64,000 bases of DNA, from positions 1 through 64,000 of the IMG/VR virus record IMGVR_UViG_3300033141_004852. One strand, 5' to 3'. This document shows, one piece after another, positions 19,799-29,829 of the stretch (the stretch's first letter is position 1; each line of letters opens with the position of its first letter). The DNA is from a virus. The notes under the pieces were generated by a model. That model was not told where the DNA came from, ran no database searches, and was given only the letters and a program-made list of their open reading frames with translations. The translations under genes and the position numbers were made by a program.

Positions 19799-20269
19799 TC
19801 ATTCCTCCCGAGACTCCGTTTGGAGGAGCAGCGGCAACAACGCCCGCAGATTCTCCGTCAGATGCTGCACATGCCGTGCCACAATAGCGCGGAGACGCTT
19901 CTCCACCAACTCCGCTACCGCCGCCTGGTACTCATTGGCATCGCGAGCCCATGTTGGATTCATGGCGCGGCGACGCACTGCCGCCCCCAGGACTCGGTAT
20001 GCCGAGCCTCGGAGCGGCTCCGTCAACGCCCCCGCTACCGTCTCCGCCGCCACCCGGGAAAGGCGCCTCTGCGGAGACTGTCGAGTTTCCCGCTGAAGCC
20101 ACGCGCGTACATCTGCCGCCACCCCGTTGATGAATCGCTGCTGTACCAACGTCACCACAAGTTGATCCGCTGCGAGTTCGCGCTCCAGGTCCGTGAGGAG
20201 CACCTTCATCAGGTACGTAGCATGATCCTCAATTTTCTCCTCGTACCGCTTCAGTAGATTCGCCTTCAT
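19799..20269 (-). CDS. Hypothetical protein in the head-tail module
   Basis: ATG 20269 with AGGAG; in operon. Confidence 0.5.
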   Translation of the reverse strand: MKANLLKRYEEKIEDHATYLMKVLLTDLERELAADQLVVTLVQQRFINGVAADVRAWLQRETRQSPQRRLSRVAAETVAGALTEPLRGSAYRVLGAAVRRRAMNPTWARDANEYQAAVAELVEKRLRAIVARHVQHLTENLRALLPLLLQTESREE

Positions 20270-20273
20270 CGTC

Positions 20274-20705
20274 TTACTCCTGTCTGGAAACATCCACGCT
20301 ACAGCGGACAGCAACCAGCCCCGAAGCGGGGCTCTTCAACACATCGATGACCCGGCACGTCATCTCCCGAACCCCCGTCTCCGTGTACTGCGGCACGAGG
20401 ACAATCTTCGCATCGCGCAGGATCTCGTAGTACATCTCGGGGATGTCCATGAGTGTCGCATCCACATCGATGAAGATATACCCACCTGCGCCATCCGGCC
20501 TCGTAAGTCGGTGGGTACGCCCACCCCAGACTATGCGAGCAGGGATCATCTGCGTAGTCGTCGTGCGCGTAACCCCCTGACCGAGGGGATCCGCCGCCGA
20601 GGGGGACCCGCTCACAGTGTACTGCTCTACCTTGAAATAGGTAGCTTCAGCCCCACCAGCGCGGGTGCGTTCTCGTTGCAGAGCAAGCTTGTCCACCGGC
20701 CTCAT
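20274..20705 (-). CDS. Putative head closure (stopper) protein
   Basis: 143 aa, beta-rich, follows the adaptor. Confidence 0.5.
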   Translation of the reverse strand: MRPVDKLALQRERTRAGGAEATYFKVEQYTVSGSPSAADPLGQGVTRTTTTQMIPARIVWGGRTHRLTRPDGAGGYIFIDVDATLMDIPEMYYEILRDAKIVLVPQYTETGVREMTCRVIDVLKSPASGLVAVRCSVDVSRQE

Positions 20706-21709
20706 ACGATGTTCCCCACATCCTCAGCCGCCCACACCTGACCCTCAAAATCTGAAGCATAATCGATGGCGGCAAAGCGAGGGAGTGTATACCCAGCATC
20801 CCGCACCAACAGCGACAACTTCGCTTGTAGCGTCCGCAACAATTGCTGCAAGTCCGCCGCCCGCCGTGTAGTATCCACCGCACCGAGACCGTCGGTCAAA
20901 CGCATCCCCTGCGCCGCCGCGTATGCTTGCTGGCCAGTCAGGACCTCCCGGGCAGCCATCAGCACCAGGATAGCACGGTCGATTCCCGTCGGCTCGGTAG
21001 CAAACGTCAACTCCGTACCGGACAGACTCACCGGGTACTTGTCCGCCCCCCAAACCCCGTAGAGGTGCCGCGCCGCCGCCCCAATCGCCCACTGGATGTA
21101 ACTGGTCCGGTAACGGTAGACGTTCCCCTCCAAATAGTGTCCCGATCCCGTAGCTGGTGCCGTCTCATACACCAGCAACCCCGTATCCACGTTGAGGGAA
21201 TACCCCGAGGTGATCTCGTTCCCGGTAGCATCAAAGAGTTTCGTTCCCCCGCCTAGCGGCATCAGCGACGACTGGAACCGCTTGTTCACACCGTCAATGA
21301 CTCCCCGGGGCACAATATGGGTTTGATACTCTCCCCAATCGCCGACCGCCTGGCGAACCTCCGTAACCAGGTTGCCCTCTACAGATGAGTCTGCCTGATT
21401 CACTGGATTGAGGAGGGGGTCATAGGAAACGATGGTGAAGGTGACATCCGCGGGGTCCGCTCCCGCTGATGTCGCGTGGAGAAGCAACGTCCCCAGGGTA
21501 TCTACATCCTCAGCAGTAGGATTCAATCGGTAGAGTCCGTAGCCGATTTCCTCCACGGATCCATCGGCACTTACCCACCCGGATGCGTCCTCCTTCCAGA
21601 GGAGAACCGTCGGGGAAAGTCCGGTCTTCCCCGTCCGATGGTCGGTGGAATCCACCATCAAGAACTCCAGCCCGACCGATGTATTCCCTTTTTGAATCAA
21701 TTGAGGCAC
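20702..21709 (-). CDS. Head-tail adaptor with N-terminal Ig-like and beta inserts
   Basis: First gene after the capsid terminator; FLMVDSTDH.TGKTGLSPTV domain; EVRQAVGD helical adaptor region. Confidence 0.6.
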   Translation of the reverse strand: MPQLIQKGNTSVGLEFLMVDSTDHRTGKTGLSPTVLLWKEDASGWVSADGSVEEIGYGLYRLNPTAEDVDTLGTLLLHATSAGADPADVTFTIVSYDPLLNPVNQADSSVEGNLVTEVRQAVGDWGEYQTHIVPRGVIDGVNKRFQSSLMPLGGGTKLFDATGNEITSGYSLNVDTGLLVYETAPATGSGHYLEGNVYRYRTSYIQWAIGAAARHLYGVWGADKYPVSLSGTELTFATEPTGIDRAILVLMAAREVLTGQQAYAAAQGMRLTDGLGAVDTTRRAADLQQLLRTLQAKLSLLVRDAGYTLPRFAAIDYASDFEGQVWAAEDVGNIV

Positions 21710-21739
21710 CGTTGTCTCCTCCCCCTATATTCCACAATC

Positions 21740-21779
21740 AACAAAGCCGGGGCCGGGCCGGTCGACCGGCCCGGCCCCG
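21740..21779 (-). terminator. Intrinsic terminator after the major capsid gene
   Basis: 32-bp perfect GC-rich palindrome at 21748-21779 followed on the minus strand by GCTTTGTTGATTGT. Confidence 0.75.
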
Positions 21780-21808
21780 TAGGGAGCGGTCTGTCATCCG
21801 CCCAGTTG

Positions 21809-23047
21809 TCAGGATGCGTACTTGATACGCACCACGTTCGGCTGCTGGTAGGCAACGCTGGTGAAGAGAACGTTCTTCATCAGCACGAATACATCGTACA
21901 CTCGCGGCCCACGGGTCTCCGTCCGCAGGTACTGCAAGTTATCGACGACATACGCCTGACCAGACTGCCCGAGATCCTCCGGCGCCGGCCACGTGTAGAG
22001 CCACGCGGCACCGCGCGGTGCCAGCATCTTCGCAGGCGGGTCCAACAGCGCCCAAGCATACTTGGTGCTGCCGGTGTTGTCGATGGTGTTATTCGGCTTC
22101 GGGATCGGGAACTGAATACCGAACAACTGGAAGTACGCGTCTTCCCCATCGCGCAGAACCTGCGCGCGGAAGGACTCCGGCAGAGCCGGGAAGTTCGAGC
22201 CGGTCTCGACGGCATCCCACATCGTCATCAGCCCGTCGGGGTCGATGTCGATGCGAGCGATGCGCCGATTGAGCTTCAGTGCATGACCCCCCAACGTCTT
22301 GAAGAAGTTGAGGTCGATCTTGTCGTTGTCCGATGCGTCCAGATCATTTGTGTCGGGGACACTGGCGGACACCACCCGACTGGAGATCCAGTCGAAGGCG
22401 TTCGACCGCATTCCCGAAGCCACGACCTGGTTGGTCACCGCAGTCACCGCGTCGGCGTCGATCTGCTCGGACATCGCAATCGCGGCCACATCGGCCACGT
22501 AGGCGATGTCCTCCAGGTAGCGGTCGGGATACAGCGGGTCCCACCGCGGAATCCAGATCTCGGGGATCGTGTAGACGATAGGATCACCCAAGGTGAATAC
22601 GCCATCACGATTCCGATGGATCTCCACCCAGTTTCCACCGGGTTCCGCGAGCTTGTACACCTTCGGGAGCTTCACTCCCTGTACCCGGTATGCAAGCTGC
22701 TCGCCGTACCCGACCTCCTGCGCGTCGCAGTAGTCGAGTGCCCAACTCTGAGCCGTGATCCGCTGGTGAATGCGGTTGATGATCTGCTGGCGGATCCGCG
22801 AGGGGACGGGAGCCTGGTCCGGCAAGGCACCACGCCCCTGGGTCTGGAACTCGCCGAAGATTCGCTTGAGTTCCTCAATCCGCTGCTCTCGCGAGGCTTG
22901 GCTGTTGGGTGCCTCCAGGGCCTTCACCGCACGCTCGTACAAAGCCTGGTTACAGGCGAGTACGCGCCGCGGCGAACGCAGGAGGGACTGCACTTGGTCC
23001 CGACTTGAATGGGCCGGGATAATCGGAGCGGCTGAAATCGCAGGCAT
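21809..23047 (-). CDS. Major capsid protein
   Basis: 412 aa after the scaffold and decoration genes; strong RBS; followed by a terminator. Confidence 0.75.
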   Translation of the reverse strand: MPAISAAPIIPAHSSRDQVQSLLRSPRRVLACNQALYERAVKALEAPNSQASREQRIEELKRIFGEFQTQGRGALPDQAPVPSRIRQQIINRIHQRITAQSWALDYCDAQEVGYGEQLAYRVQGVKLPKVYKLAEPGGNWVEIHRNRDGVFTLGDPIVYTIPEIWIPRWDPLYPDRYLEDIAYVADVAAIAMSEQIDADAVTAVTNQVVASGMRSNAFDWISSRVVSASVPDTNDLDASDNDKIDLNFFKTLGGHALKLNRRIARIDIDPDGLMTMWDAVETGSNFPALPESFRAQVLRDGEDAYFQLFGIQFPIPKPNNTIDNTGSTKYAWALLDPPAKMLAPRGAAWLYTWPAPEDLGQSGQAYVVDNLQYLRTETRGPRVYDVFVLMKNVLFTSVAYQQPNVVRIKYAS

Positions 23048-23119
23048 CTTATCCCAACACCTCCTTTCCTCAAACAATCGACTTGGTAGCCAAGTCGTTA
23101 CGACTTACCCAGCAGGCTC

Positions 23120-23632
23120 TCAGGAACCCACGTGGGTGATGTGGACGATGACGAACCCATCGTCGCCCAGACGGTTCTCCTTCAGGCGGGCGATCTCCAC
23201 CGAGCCGTCGCCGGAGTCCTGCTTCACGACGATCTCCCCATCAATGACGGAGAGAGCAGTCTCCAGAGCAGTACCGGAACTCAGGGCGCCGGTCCCACTG
23301 GTAGCGACCACCGAGGTCTCGATCTCCATCCCCGGCTTCAGGTTGATCTGCGCCACCGGGCGACCCGACTTCTTCACACTCTTGTGGACTTGGAGTAGCC
23401 GGTCTTGGAAAGAGGGGCCGTCGGCAGTCACCCGCTCCAGAAGCAACGCCTCCACTGGGGTGGAACCCGCAGTTGCCTTCTTCAGCTTGTCGAGAGTCTC
23501 CGAGTAGTCTACGTAAACGAACGATCCTTCATAAACCGTTCCATTCGTAGACAGAGAGAAGACACTCAACTGATCCGCCGCGGGGTTCACACCCTTCAGC
23601 CGACCAAGCTTTACTTCATAAGTAGTGGCCAA
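23120..23632 (-). CDS. Capsid decoration/cement protein
   Basis: 170 aa, beta-rich, directly upstream of the capsid gene; AAGGAGGTGAT RBS. Confidence 0.6.
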   Translation of the reverse strand: MATTYEVKLGRLKGVNPAADQLSVFSLSTNGTVYEGSFVYVDYSETLDKLKKATAGSTPVEALLLERVTADGPSFQDRLLQVHKSVKKSGRPVAQINLKPGMEIETSVVATSGTGALSSGTALETALSVIDGEIVVKQDSGDGSVEIARLKENRLGDDGFVIVHITHVGS

Positions 23633-23668
23633 AACGTATCACCTCCTTATAATCAGATTCGCTGCGGG

Positions 23669-24205
23669 TTAGCCGACGAGCAACGGCACCGGCTCTCCCG
23701 ACCCCTTATTGGGATCGTCCGCATTCGTCGCAGGCTCCTCACCCCCATCCTCGGAGGTGTGAGTCCCGCTGGTAGCGGGAGTCCAGGCTGCCTGTGCAGT
23801 CTTCTTCTTTCCGGCCTCCTGGTCCTGATCCGCACCTTGAGCCGCAGCCTTCTCCTCCAGGACCGCCTTTTCCCGGCGAAGGGTTTCCTTCTCCAGGTCG
23901 AACTCGCCAGCGGCCATCTGCTCCCGGAAAGCCTTCCGCTCCTCATCCGTGAGCGGCTTGATGGCGTCCAGGCTCGCCAAAGCAGCGGCTTCCTCTTCCA
24001 GGCGCTTCCGCTCCTCAGCACGAGCTTCCGCCAGCAACTTCGGAAGCTCCTTCTCCTTCCAGTCCTCCAGGATCGCCTCGCGGAACTCGGGGTCCTGACG
24101 AAGCTGCTCTTGGACGGTCGCCGACGCGGTCTTGCGAGCCTCATCCAACAAGGCCGCGACTTCCGCCGCCGTATACGACCGATCCTCCAGGTCTCTCATT
24201 GGCAT
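23669..24205 (-). CDS. Capsid scaffold protein
   Basis: Acidic coiled-coil (E/A/K rich) with disordered tail, downstream of the protease. Confidence 0.65.
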   Translation of the reverse strand: MPMRDLEDRSYTAAEVAALLDEARKTASATVQEQLRQDPEFREAILEDWKEKELPKLLAEARAEERKRLEEEAAALASLDAIKPLTDEERKAFREQMAAGEFDLEKETLRREKAVLEEKAAAQGADQDQEAGKKKTAQAAWTPATSGTHTSEDGGEEPATNADDPNKGSGEPVPLLVG

Positions 24206-25884
24206 ACTTCACCTCCTCTCCTGATCTTTTGCAGACCAGCAAGGCCTGCACAGACACCCACCCAGGAAGTGGGTTCTACCTTCATTTGACACTTCCAGGC
24301 CGCTGCCACCAAACGCTTCGCAATGAAGACGAGTTCCGGCCGCGTGTAGGGCGACTGCCCGCTTGCCACCGCGACGTTGAACTCCGCAAGCGACCCACTT
24401 ATTTGTTCCGCATCTCGTAGGGGGAAGCGTTTATTTGTGGGGTCCCCGTAGAACTCCTCTGACGCCGTATCCGCACTTGCGGTCCCAACCAACTGTCGAG
24501 GCCGCATCCCCTCGCCATACAACACCTCGATGAAGGGGGCACAAGCAACCCAGTCCAATTTGGCGCTGGATGTACCTGTCTTGACGCCAGCATATTTGCC
24601 CACGAGGCTCTTCGGGTTGACGGAGATGCCGAATCGTGCCGCGGCGCGCACGATCTTCTTCGCCATATACGTCAACTCCGCTTTCGAGTAATGGAGGCCC
24701 CGGCGACCCCTCACAGCATAGCGGAAGTAGCTGATTGCAGCGCGTACATGCTCCTCCGTATCCAGGGGATACATGTAGTTGGCGCCGTCAGCGTATTTCG
24801 ACCGCTCTTTCGGGTATCCGGCAGGCGGGGATTTATGCCCGCCGGACTTGGCCTTCGGTGCGGCACCCTCACCGTAGAGGATGTCCGTGAAATCGAGGAT
24901 CGCCGCCTCCGCACCCACGGGCATCGCGGGGTCCTCATCCACCATGTTCGCCAACGCTGCACGAGCATTCTCGCTCTTTTCGAGATACTGCTCGTCAACT
25001 TCCACGGGCGTCTTGTCCCCCAAAGTAATCTCGCCGTTATCACCTACTTCGATGCTGCATTTGTAGGTATTCACGCGCATTACATCGGGGGCCTCCACGA
25101 TCTCCGACAACTGGAAGACAACAGCGTCGGCGTAGGTAGCCACTACCCACGGACGCTCCCAGTAGCCATCGAAGGTCCGCCAACTGAACTTCTGCCGGAG
25201 TGCCAAGAGTACCCGGGTCAGAAACGCCTCCAGCGAATCCGAGAATTGGAGAGGCTTACCATCCGCAGCCGAAGCGGCGAGAACCGCCGCCGACGGGAAT
25301 GCAGGGCGAGAAGTCGTCAGGGGAACGAGCGCGATATCACCGAACTGCACGCCTCCCGGGTAGATCGTCGCGTCTGCAGAAGCGGCGATAATCTCCGTCC
25401 CACCACTGGGGATGGTATTCAGCGCCAGTAGCTCCCGCTCCGCAGCCTCCTCCATCGTCAACTTCTCGCCGTTGTGTTCCACGTAGGTCTGGTCGACCTG
25501 GTAGGTCCACTCACTGGAGACGCTGAAATCCGTAGTCAGACGTGCGGGGTCGATGTTCTCCGCCTGCAACTTCGCGCGGCTAAGTGCCAACGCCGCGTAG
25601 ATGGCACCGTCGGCTTGAGCGACTGCACGAATCGAGCCGTACAACTCCCCCGGCTGGTGCCCCATATTTACGAAGCTGCCAGCCATCGATTTCCACCCTT
25701 CACCAAGCTGCTCGGGAGTGAGCACCCAACCCTTACTCGCACGCTCACCCAACTTCGCTACATGGACATGGACGCCGACAACAGTAGGACTCTCCTCAAG
25801 AGGAGGCAGCCCCGTAGTCGCTCCCTGAGCAACTACAGTCACCGGCAAGGCCAGCGTTGCTCGTGTTGGCAGTTTGACCGGCAA
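24196..25884 (-). CDS. Putative prohead protease with two DUF6582-like repeats
   Basis: After the portal; VNMGH..G and SVSSE protease-like motifs; YAD..N..YPLDTEEHVRAAISYF-type repeat present twice. Confidence 0.65.
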   Translation of the reverse strand: MPVKLPTRATLALPVTVVAQGATTGLPPLEESPTVVGVHVHVAKLGERASKGWVLTPEQLGEGWKSMAGSFVNMGHQPGELYGSIRAVAQADGAIYAALALSRAKLQAENIDPARLTTDFSVSSEWTYQVDQTYVEHNGEKLTMEEAAERELLALNTIPSGGTEIIAASADATIYPGGVQFGDIALVPLTTSRPAFPSAAVLAASAADGKPLQFSDSLEAFLTRVLLALRQKFSWRTFDGYWERPWVVATYADAVVFQLSEIVEAPDVMRVNTYKCSIEVGDNGEITLGDKTPVEVDEQYLEKSENARAALANMVDEDPAMPVGAEAAILDFTDILYGEGAAPKAKSGGHKSPPAGYPKERSKYADGANYMYPLDTEEHVRAAISYFRYAVRGRRGLHYSKAELTYMAKKIVRAAARFGISVNPKSLVGKYAGVKTGTSSAKLDWVACAPFIEVLYGEGMRPRQLVGTASADTASEEFYGDPTNKRFPLRDAEQISGSLAEFNVAVASGQSPYTRPELVFIAKRLVAAAWKCQMKVEPTSWVGVCAGLAGLQKIRRGGEVCQ

Positions 25885-25898
25885 TTGACATCACCTCC

Positions 25899-27941
25899 TC
25901 ACTTTTTGTGCTCTTTCAACCACTTACGGGCTTCCTTCAACGTCCACTTCGGCCGCTTGAAAAGCACCGTCGCTACTTCACTCTTTCCATCCTCGCGTAT
26001 GCCGTAGAGGAACTTGATCCCCCCTGCTCGCGTTTTTCCATACCGATAGGACTTATAAGGCCCCTTCCCCACAGGAATGTGAATCCAATCCTTAGTCTGT
26101 TCTACAGCATGGACTTGTATAATCGGCCCCAACGCCGCCTCCACCAATACAGCGTCCACCTCCGCCGCGGGGTCTACCCACTCGTCCAACTCACGGATTC
26201 CCGCGTCGAAGAAATCGCGGGAGACATCCGCATCCACTAATTCTCCACTGAGCGAGGATGTAGACGGCTTCGGTTGCACAGAATCATCGTCGTCAACCGG
26301 CTTGTCACTCGTACGCGGGCGCCCAGGATCCCCAGCGGGCGACTGACCACTGCTGGGGGCGAAGTAGGGCATGATGAGGAGCGGGTTCTTCTCCATCAAC
26401 CGCAGCTCCTCCTGCCGCCGCACCAGTTCCGCATCGTAGTTTCTACCGAGAGCATCCGCCGCTGTACGATTGCTGATAATTCCCTGCTTGGCGGCAAACA
26501 TCACCTCGGCCAGCACGGTGCGGCTCTCCTTCAATACGTTCGGATCGTACTCAACTTCCACCCGAGACGGTTTCTTCTGTTCACCCGAAACCCCAATACC
26601 GTTGATGTAGCAGAGCATCCAGAAGAATCGCTCAATTACCCGCTGGATCATCCGCCGCCGCGCCAGCACCGCCTGAGCAAACGGCTGCGTGGCAATGTAG
26701 CTCGATGCAAACGCCATGTTCCGAGCCGAATCCTCCTGCCCATGAGCAAGCGGGTAGAAGATCGAGGGGATGTCGAGGAGATCCATCACCCGCCCCAATG
26801 CCGCCCGATACTTCTCCGGTGAGAAGAGCTCCTTCGGTGGCACAACCCACTCCACAGTGAAATCGTTGCCGACGAAAATGTCCTGGTGCAACGCCGCCAA
26901 ACTCTGGCGAATCCGCTCCTCCAATGCCTTGAGGACAGGCTCATTCGGCGCCGGGGTATCAGGGCGTGGCTCCTTCGGACCGACTTTCCAGAGGACGATC
27001 CCCGCGCGGAGGCGATGAATCGCGGAGTAGTCAATATCCTGACAGAGAAGCAGGTATTCAATATCCGACAACACCGCGTAGAGCGTCGGAACCGGCCACT
27101 TCTGCCAGTCATCCTTCCCCCAGTGGGACATCACCGTGTATCCCATAATGTTCCTATTCTCGTCGGAGTTCAGCCTCTCCAGGGGGTAGATAGCCTCAGC
27201 ACCGCGGGCACTCGCCGCCTTCACCAAGTCGCGGGGGAATTGTCGCAGATACGCCGTCTCCTCCGAACTCAGGTTCCGCTTCCGCGCCAAGGATGCCAAC
27301 GGCTCCAACATGTTGGCCTTCACCGCCACCGCCCCCGTATTCGTGAAGGTGATAACCGTGGGGGGTATCTGCTCAATCCACTTCGGGACCAGCGTGCCAT
27401 TCTGGGGGGCGAGGGGATCCCGCTTTTCCCCCGCATCATAGTACCGCCACCAGAGCACACACTGCTCCGCCAGTGCCAGCGTCTTATGGAGTCGGTAGCT
27501 CACGGCGTCGAAGTTGAGCGCCGCCGCTATCTGATTACAGAACTCCTGCTGCTCCTCATTAGCACAGGTCAGCTCGAACCCCGCGGAGCCGAAATCCGCC
27601 ATACGCCGCTCCCAGAGCTTGATCAACCCGATATCACGAGCGTATGCGTAAATCCGCTGAAGGATACGGTTCCGGTCAGTCGGGGGCGGGAGAAGCAATT
27701 CGCGCAGAGAGGGAGTCAACCCCTTCAGACTCTGAATCGTATGCCCCACCCGACCAGCTTGTCCCCCCAGAGTCGGCATCCAAAAAGGTTGCTCACTCTG
27801 AATCACCGCCCCTAGATGGCGGAGCGGTTTGCCCGTATGCACCCGCGCAACATCCCCGCCTCCTGGAATGGTGACGAGCGCCATACCCAAGGGCGCGTTC
27901 TGCGGGGAGCGCCGTTGTCGTCGTCCTCGTCGTCGAGCCAT
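25899..27941 (-). CDS. Portal protein with C-terminal accessory domain
   Basis: Follows the large terminase; about 680 aa; GIIS..TA...LG.NYD.E..R..EE and GRP portal-like tail. Confidence 0.8.
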   Translation of the reverse strand: MARRRGRRQRRSPQNAPLGMALVTIPGGGDVARVHTGKPLRHLGAVIQSEQPFWMPTLGGQAGRVGHTIQSLKGLTPSLRELLLPPPTDRNRILQRIYAYARDIGLIKLWERRMADFGSAGFELTCANEEQQEFCNQIAAALNFDAVSYRLHKTLALAEQCVLWWRYYDAGEKRDPLAPQNGTLVPKWIEQIPPTVITFTNTGAVAVKANMLEPLASLARKRNLSSEETAYLRQFPRDLVKAASARGAEAIYPLERLNSDENRNIMGYTVMSHWGKDDWQKWPVPTLYAVLSDIEYLLLCQDIDYSAIHRLRAGIVLWKVGPKEPRPDTPAPNEPVLKALEERIRQSLAALHQDIFVGNDFTVEWVVPPKELFSPEKYRAALGRVMDLLDIPSIFYPLAHGQEDSARNMAFASSYIATQPFAQAVLARRRMIQRVIERFFWMLCYINGIGVSGEQKKPSRVEVEYDPNVLKESRTVLAEVMFAAKQGIISNRTAADALGRNYDAELVRRQEELRLMEKNPLLIMPYFAPSSGQSPAGDPGRPRTSDKPVDDDDSVQPKPSTSSLSGELVDADVSRDFFDAGIRELDEWVDPAAEVDAVLVEAALGPIIQVHAVEQTKDWIHIPVGKGPYKSYRYGKTRAGGIKFLYGIREDGKSEVATVLFKRPKWTLKEARKWLKEHKK

Positions 27942-28026
27942 AGAAGTCTCCGCGGTCTCTATTCCATAGAAAACCGCCACCTGCGACAACACAGGCGGCG
28001 GCTCGACGACATAATTTCTCGGACGA

Positions 28027-29829
28027 TTACGCCTCAGGAGTGAGTGAGGGGAGAATGTTTGTCCCCCGAGGAAGCATCCCCGCATACCCTACCTGCCCCC
28101 CACGAATCGGAGGAATATCCAACAACTCCGCGTAGTGAATCATGGCCGCGAAGACTTTGAATGTGGAGACAATATGTGGGTGTGGAGGCTCGAAACGCTT
28201 CCCACCTGTCAGAGTCTCGCGATAGCTCGTCACCTCCGCGAATAGAGCCCGGTCTTGTCCCTGACTAGGAAGCAGAAGCCGGGGGTTATCCTCCGTCATC
28301 AGCATCTGCAACACCCGCACAGTGAAGATGTCCGTGTTCTCCATCTCCGGCTCCGGGCCGACGAACATGCTCGGCATGGTCCCCGCGAAATCTACGGGAA
28401 TGACTACCTGCCCCTCCCAACCCTTTGTGCGAGCGATTTCCTCCGCGATCTCATCCCCCTTCGTCAACCCACGCAATTGCAACCGCCGCCGGCCATGAAA
28501 CGCGAAGAGATCCTTATTCATCAACCAATCCGCTACATAAACCGACTGACTGGTACTATCCGCCCCAATCCACTCCGCCTCCCAGAATCCCGCTACCCGA
28601 TCTACTAACACCGTCAACAACGTCGTGTCCATCAACTCCACGAAGTCCAAACGTTGGAGGAGATACCATTCCGCAGTATGATGGGGGTGTTTCTTCGCGA
28701 GCTTACCCCACACCGTCACCGCGCAGAAAGCAGGACCAGGGTCAACAGCGACGAATACTCGCTCTACCGGATACGCTAACGTCGGGCGTGACGATTGCTG
28801 CATCAACAACTGAAGCAACAAATCCTCCGCGGGGATACCCGTCTGCGCCACCACTTGCGGGTTGAGTTCCACAACTGAGTAATCTGAAATCTCAGGCTCT
28901 ACCGTACACGCTTCATACACTCGCAGGGGGAAACATGCTGCCACCGGGTCCCCCCATTGCCCGAGAGTGTTCCGCTTCCCATCATTGGAATACTGAGTGA
29001 CGACAATCCGCCCCGACTTCGTGCGGTAATATGTACACCCGTTTTCTTCCAACACGCCCAAGAACGATTCCTGGGTTACCTTCGCGGAGAGGAAGGACGG
29101 AATACGACGCTTCCATCGATACCAACGCCCTGCTTTGTTGTGGCACATTTCCGCGTATTTCGTCGTCCGATTACCATCGGGGACCCCGTAGTATTGCCAA
29201 CACGCATCCCGATCCTTGGGATCGAAGGGGATAATCAGATCGACGAGGAACGTCCACCCCTTATCGGGGATGTCCTGCACCTCGTCCCCCCGAGCCCTCC
29301 GAGGATGCTCCCCCTTGTACCCAATACCGCCCCGCCCGGGGATCAACGCCCGCAACCCCCAGCCGTTCTTCGCCTTGATCTCCCGCTTAGATTGTCGAAC
29401 CCCGGGCTTGCGCGGGTCCTCCTGCATCCACCACTTGAAGAAGGGGTGATCCAGGAGAAGAGCCACGACCTCATTGTATACCCGCATAGCGTGCTGATCC
29501 GTCGGGCCGAGAACCCCCGTCTCCTGGTTAGGGTAGTTGATCATATCGAAGGCGGTCGCCCCCTGCAACCCCACAGTCGTCTTCCCAATCGCACGCCCCG
29601 CTTCGCAGAGGACCATCGGCCACAAGAGGAAGTAATACTGGTAGTACCAGACATCACGGGCGTGCTCGTCATCGTTCCAGATATAGTCCGCCAACGGTGC
29701 CGTCGACGCCGGGTCGGGGAGGAGGAACATCTGGAAAAGTACCGGATCCGTGAGGATCTCCCACAATGCTAGATCCTCATAATCAGGGGTTCGCTCTACC
29801 TGCCCAACTGCATCGCTAATCACCGTCAT
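28027..29829 (-). CDS. Terminase large subunit
   Basis: Walker A GRAIGKTT, DEVQD Walker B, YYGVP coupling motif, nuclease VAVDPG and GADST. Confidence 0.88.
   Translation of the reverse strand: MTVISDAVGQVERTPDYEDLALWEILTDPVLFQMFLLPDPASTAPLADYIWNDDEHARDVWYYQYYFLLWPMVLCEAGRAIGKTTVGLQGATAFDMINYPNQETGVLGPTDQHAMRVYNEVVALLLDHPFFKWWMQEDPRKPGVRQSKREIKAKNGWGLRALIPGRGGIGYKGEHPRRARGDEVQDIPDKGWTFLVDLIIPFDPKDRDACWQYYGVPDGNRTTKYAEMCHNKAGRWYRWKRRIPSFLSAKVTQESFLGVLEENGCTYYRTKSGRIVVTQYSNDGKRNTLGQWGDPVAACFPLRVYEACTVEPEISDYSVVELNPQVVAQTGIPAEDLLLQLLMQQSSRPTLAYPVERVFVAVDPGPAFCAVTVWGKLAKKHPHHTAEWYLLQRLDFVELMDTTLLTVLVDRVAGFWEAEWIGADSTSQSVYVADWLMNKDLFAFHGRRRLQLRGLTKGDEIAEEIARTKGWEGQVVIPVDFAGTMPSMFVGPEPEMENTDIFTVRVLQMLMTEDNPRLLLPSQGQDRALFAEVTSYRETLTGGKRFEPPHPHIVSTFKVFAAMIHYAELLDIPPIRGGQVGYAGMLPRGTNILPSLTPEA

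Noticed and set aside
21476-23008. Long plus-strand ORFs opposite structural genes (for example 510 aa at 21476, 453 aa at 17252, 378 aa at 34194)
   Set aside because: Antisense shadows of high-GC coding genes with no RBS or recognisable motifs
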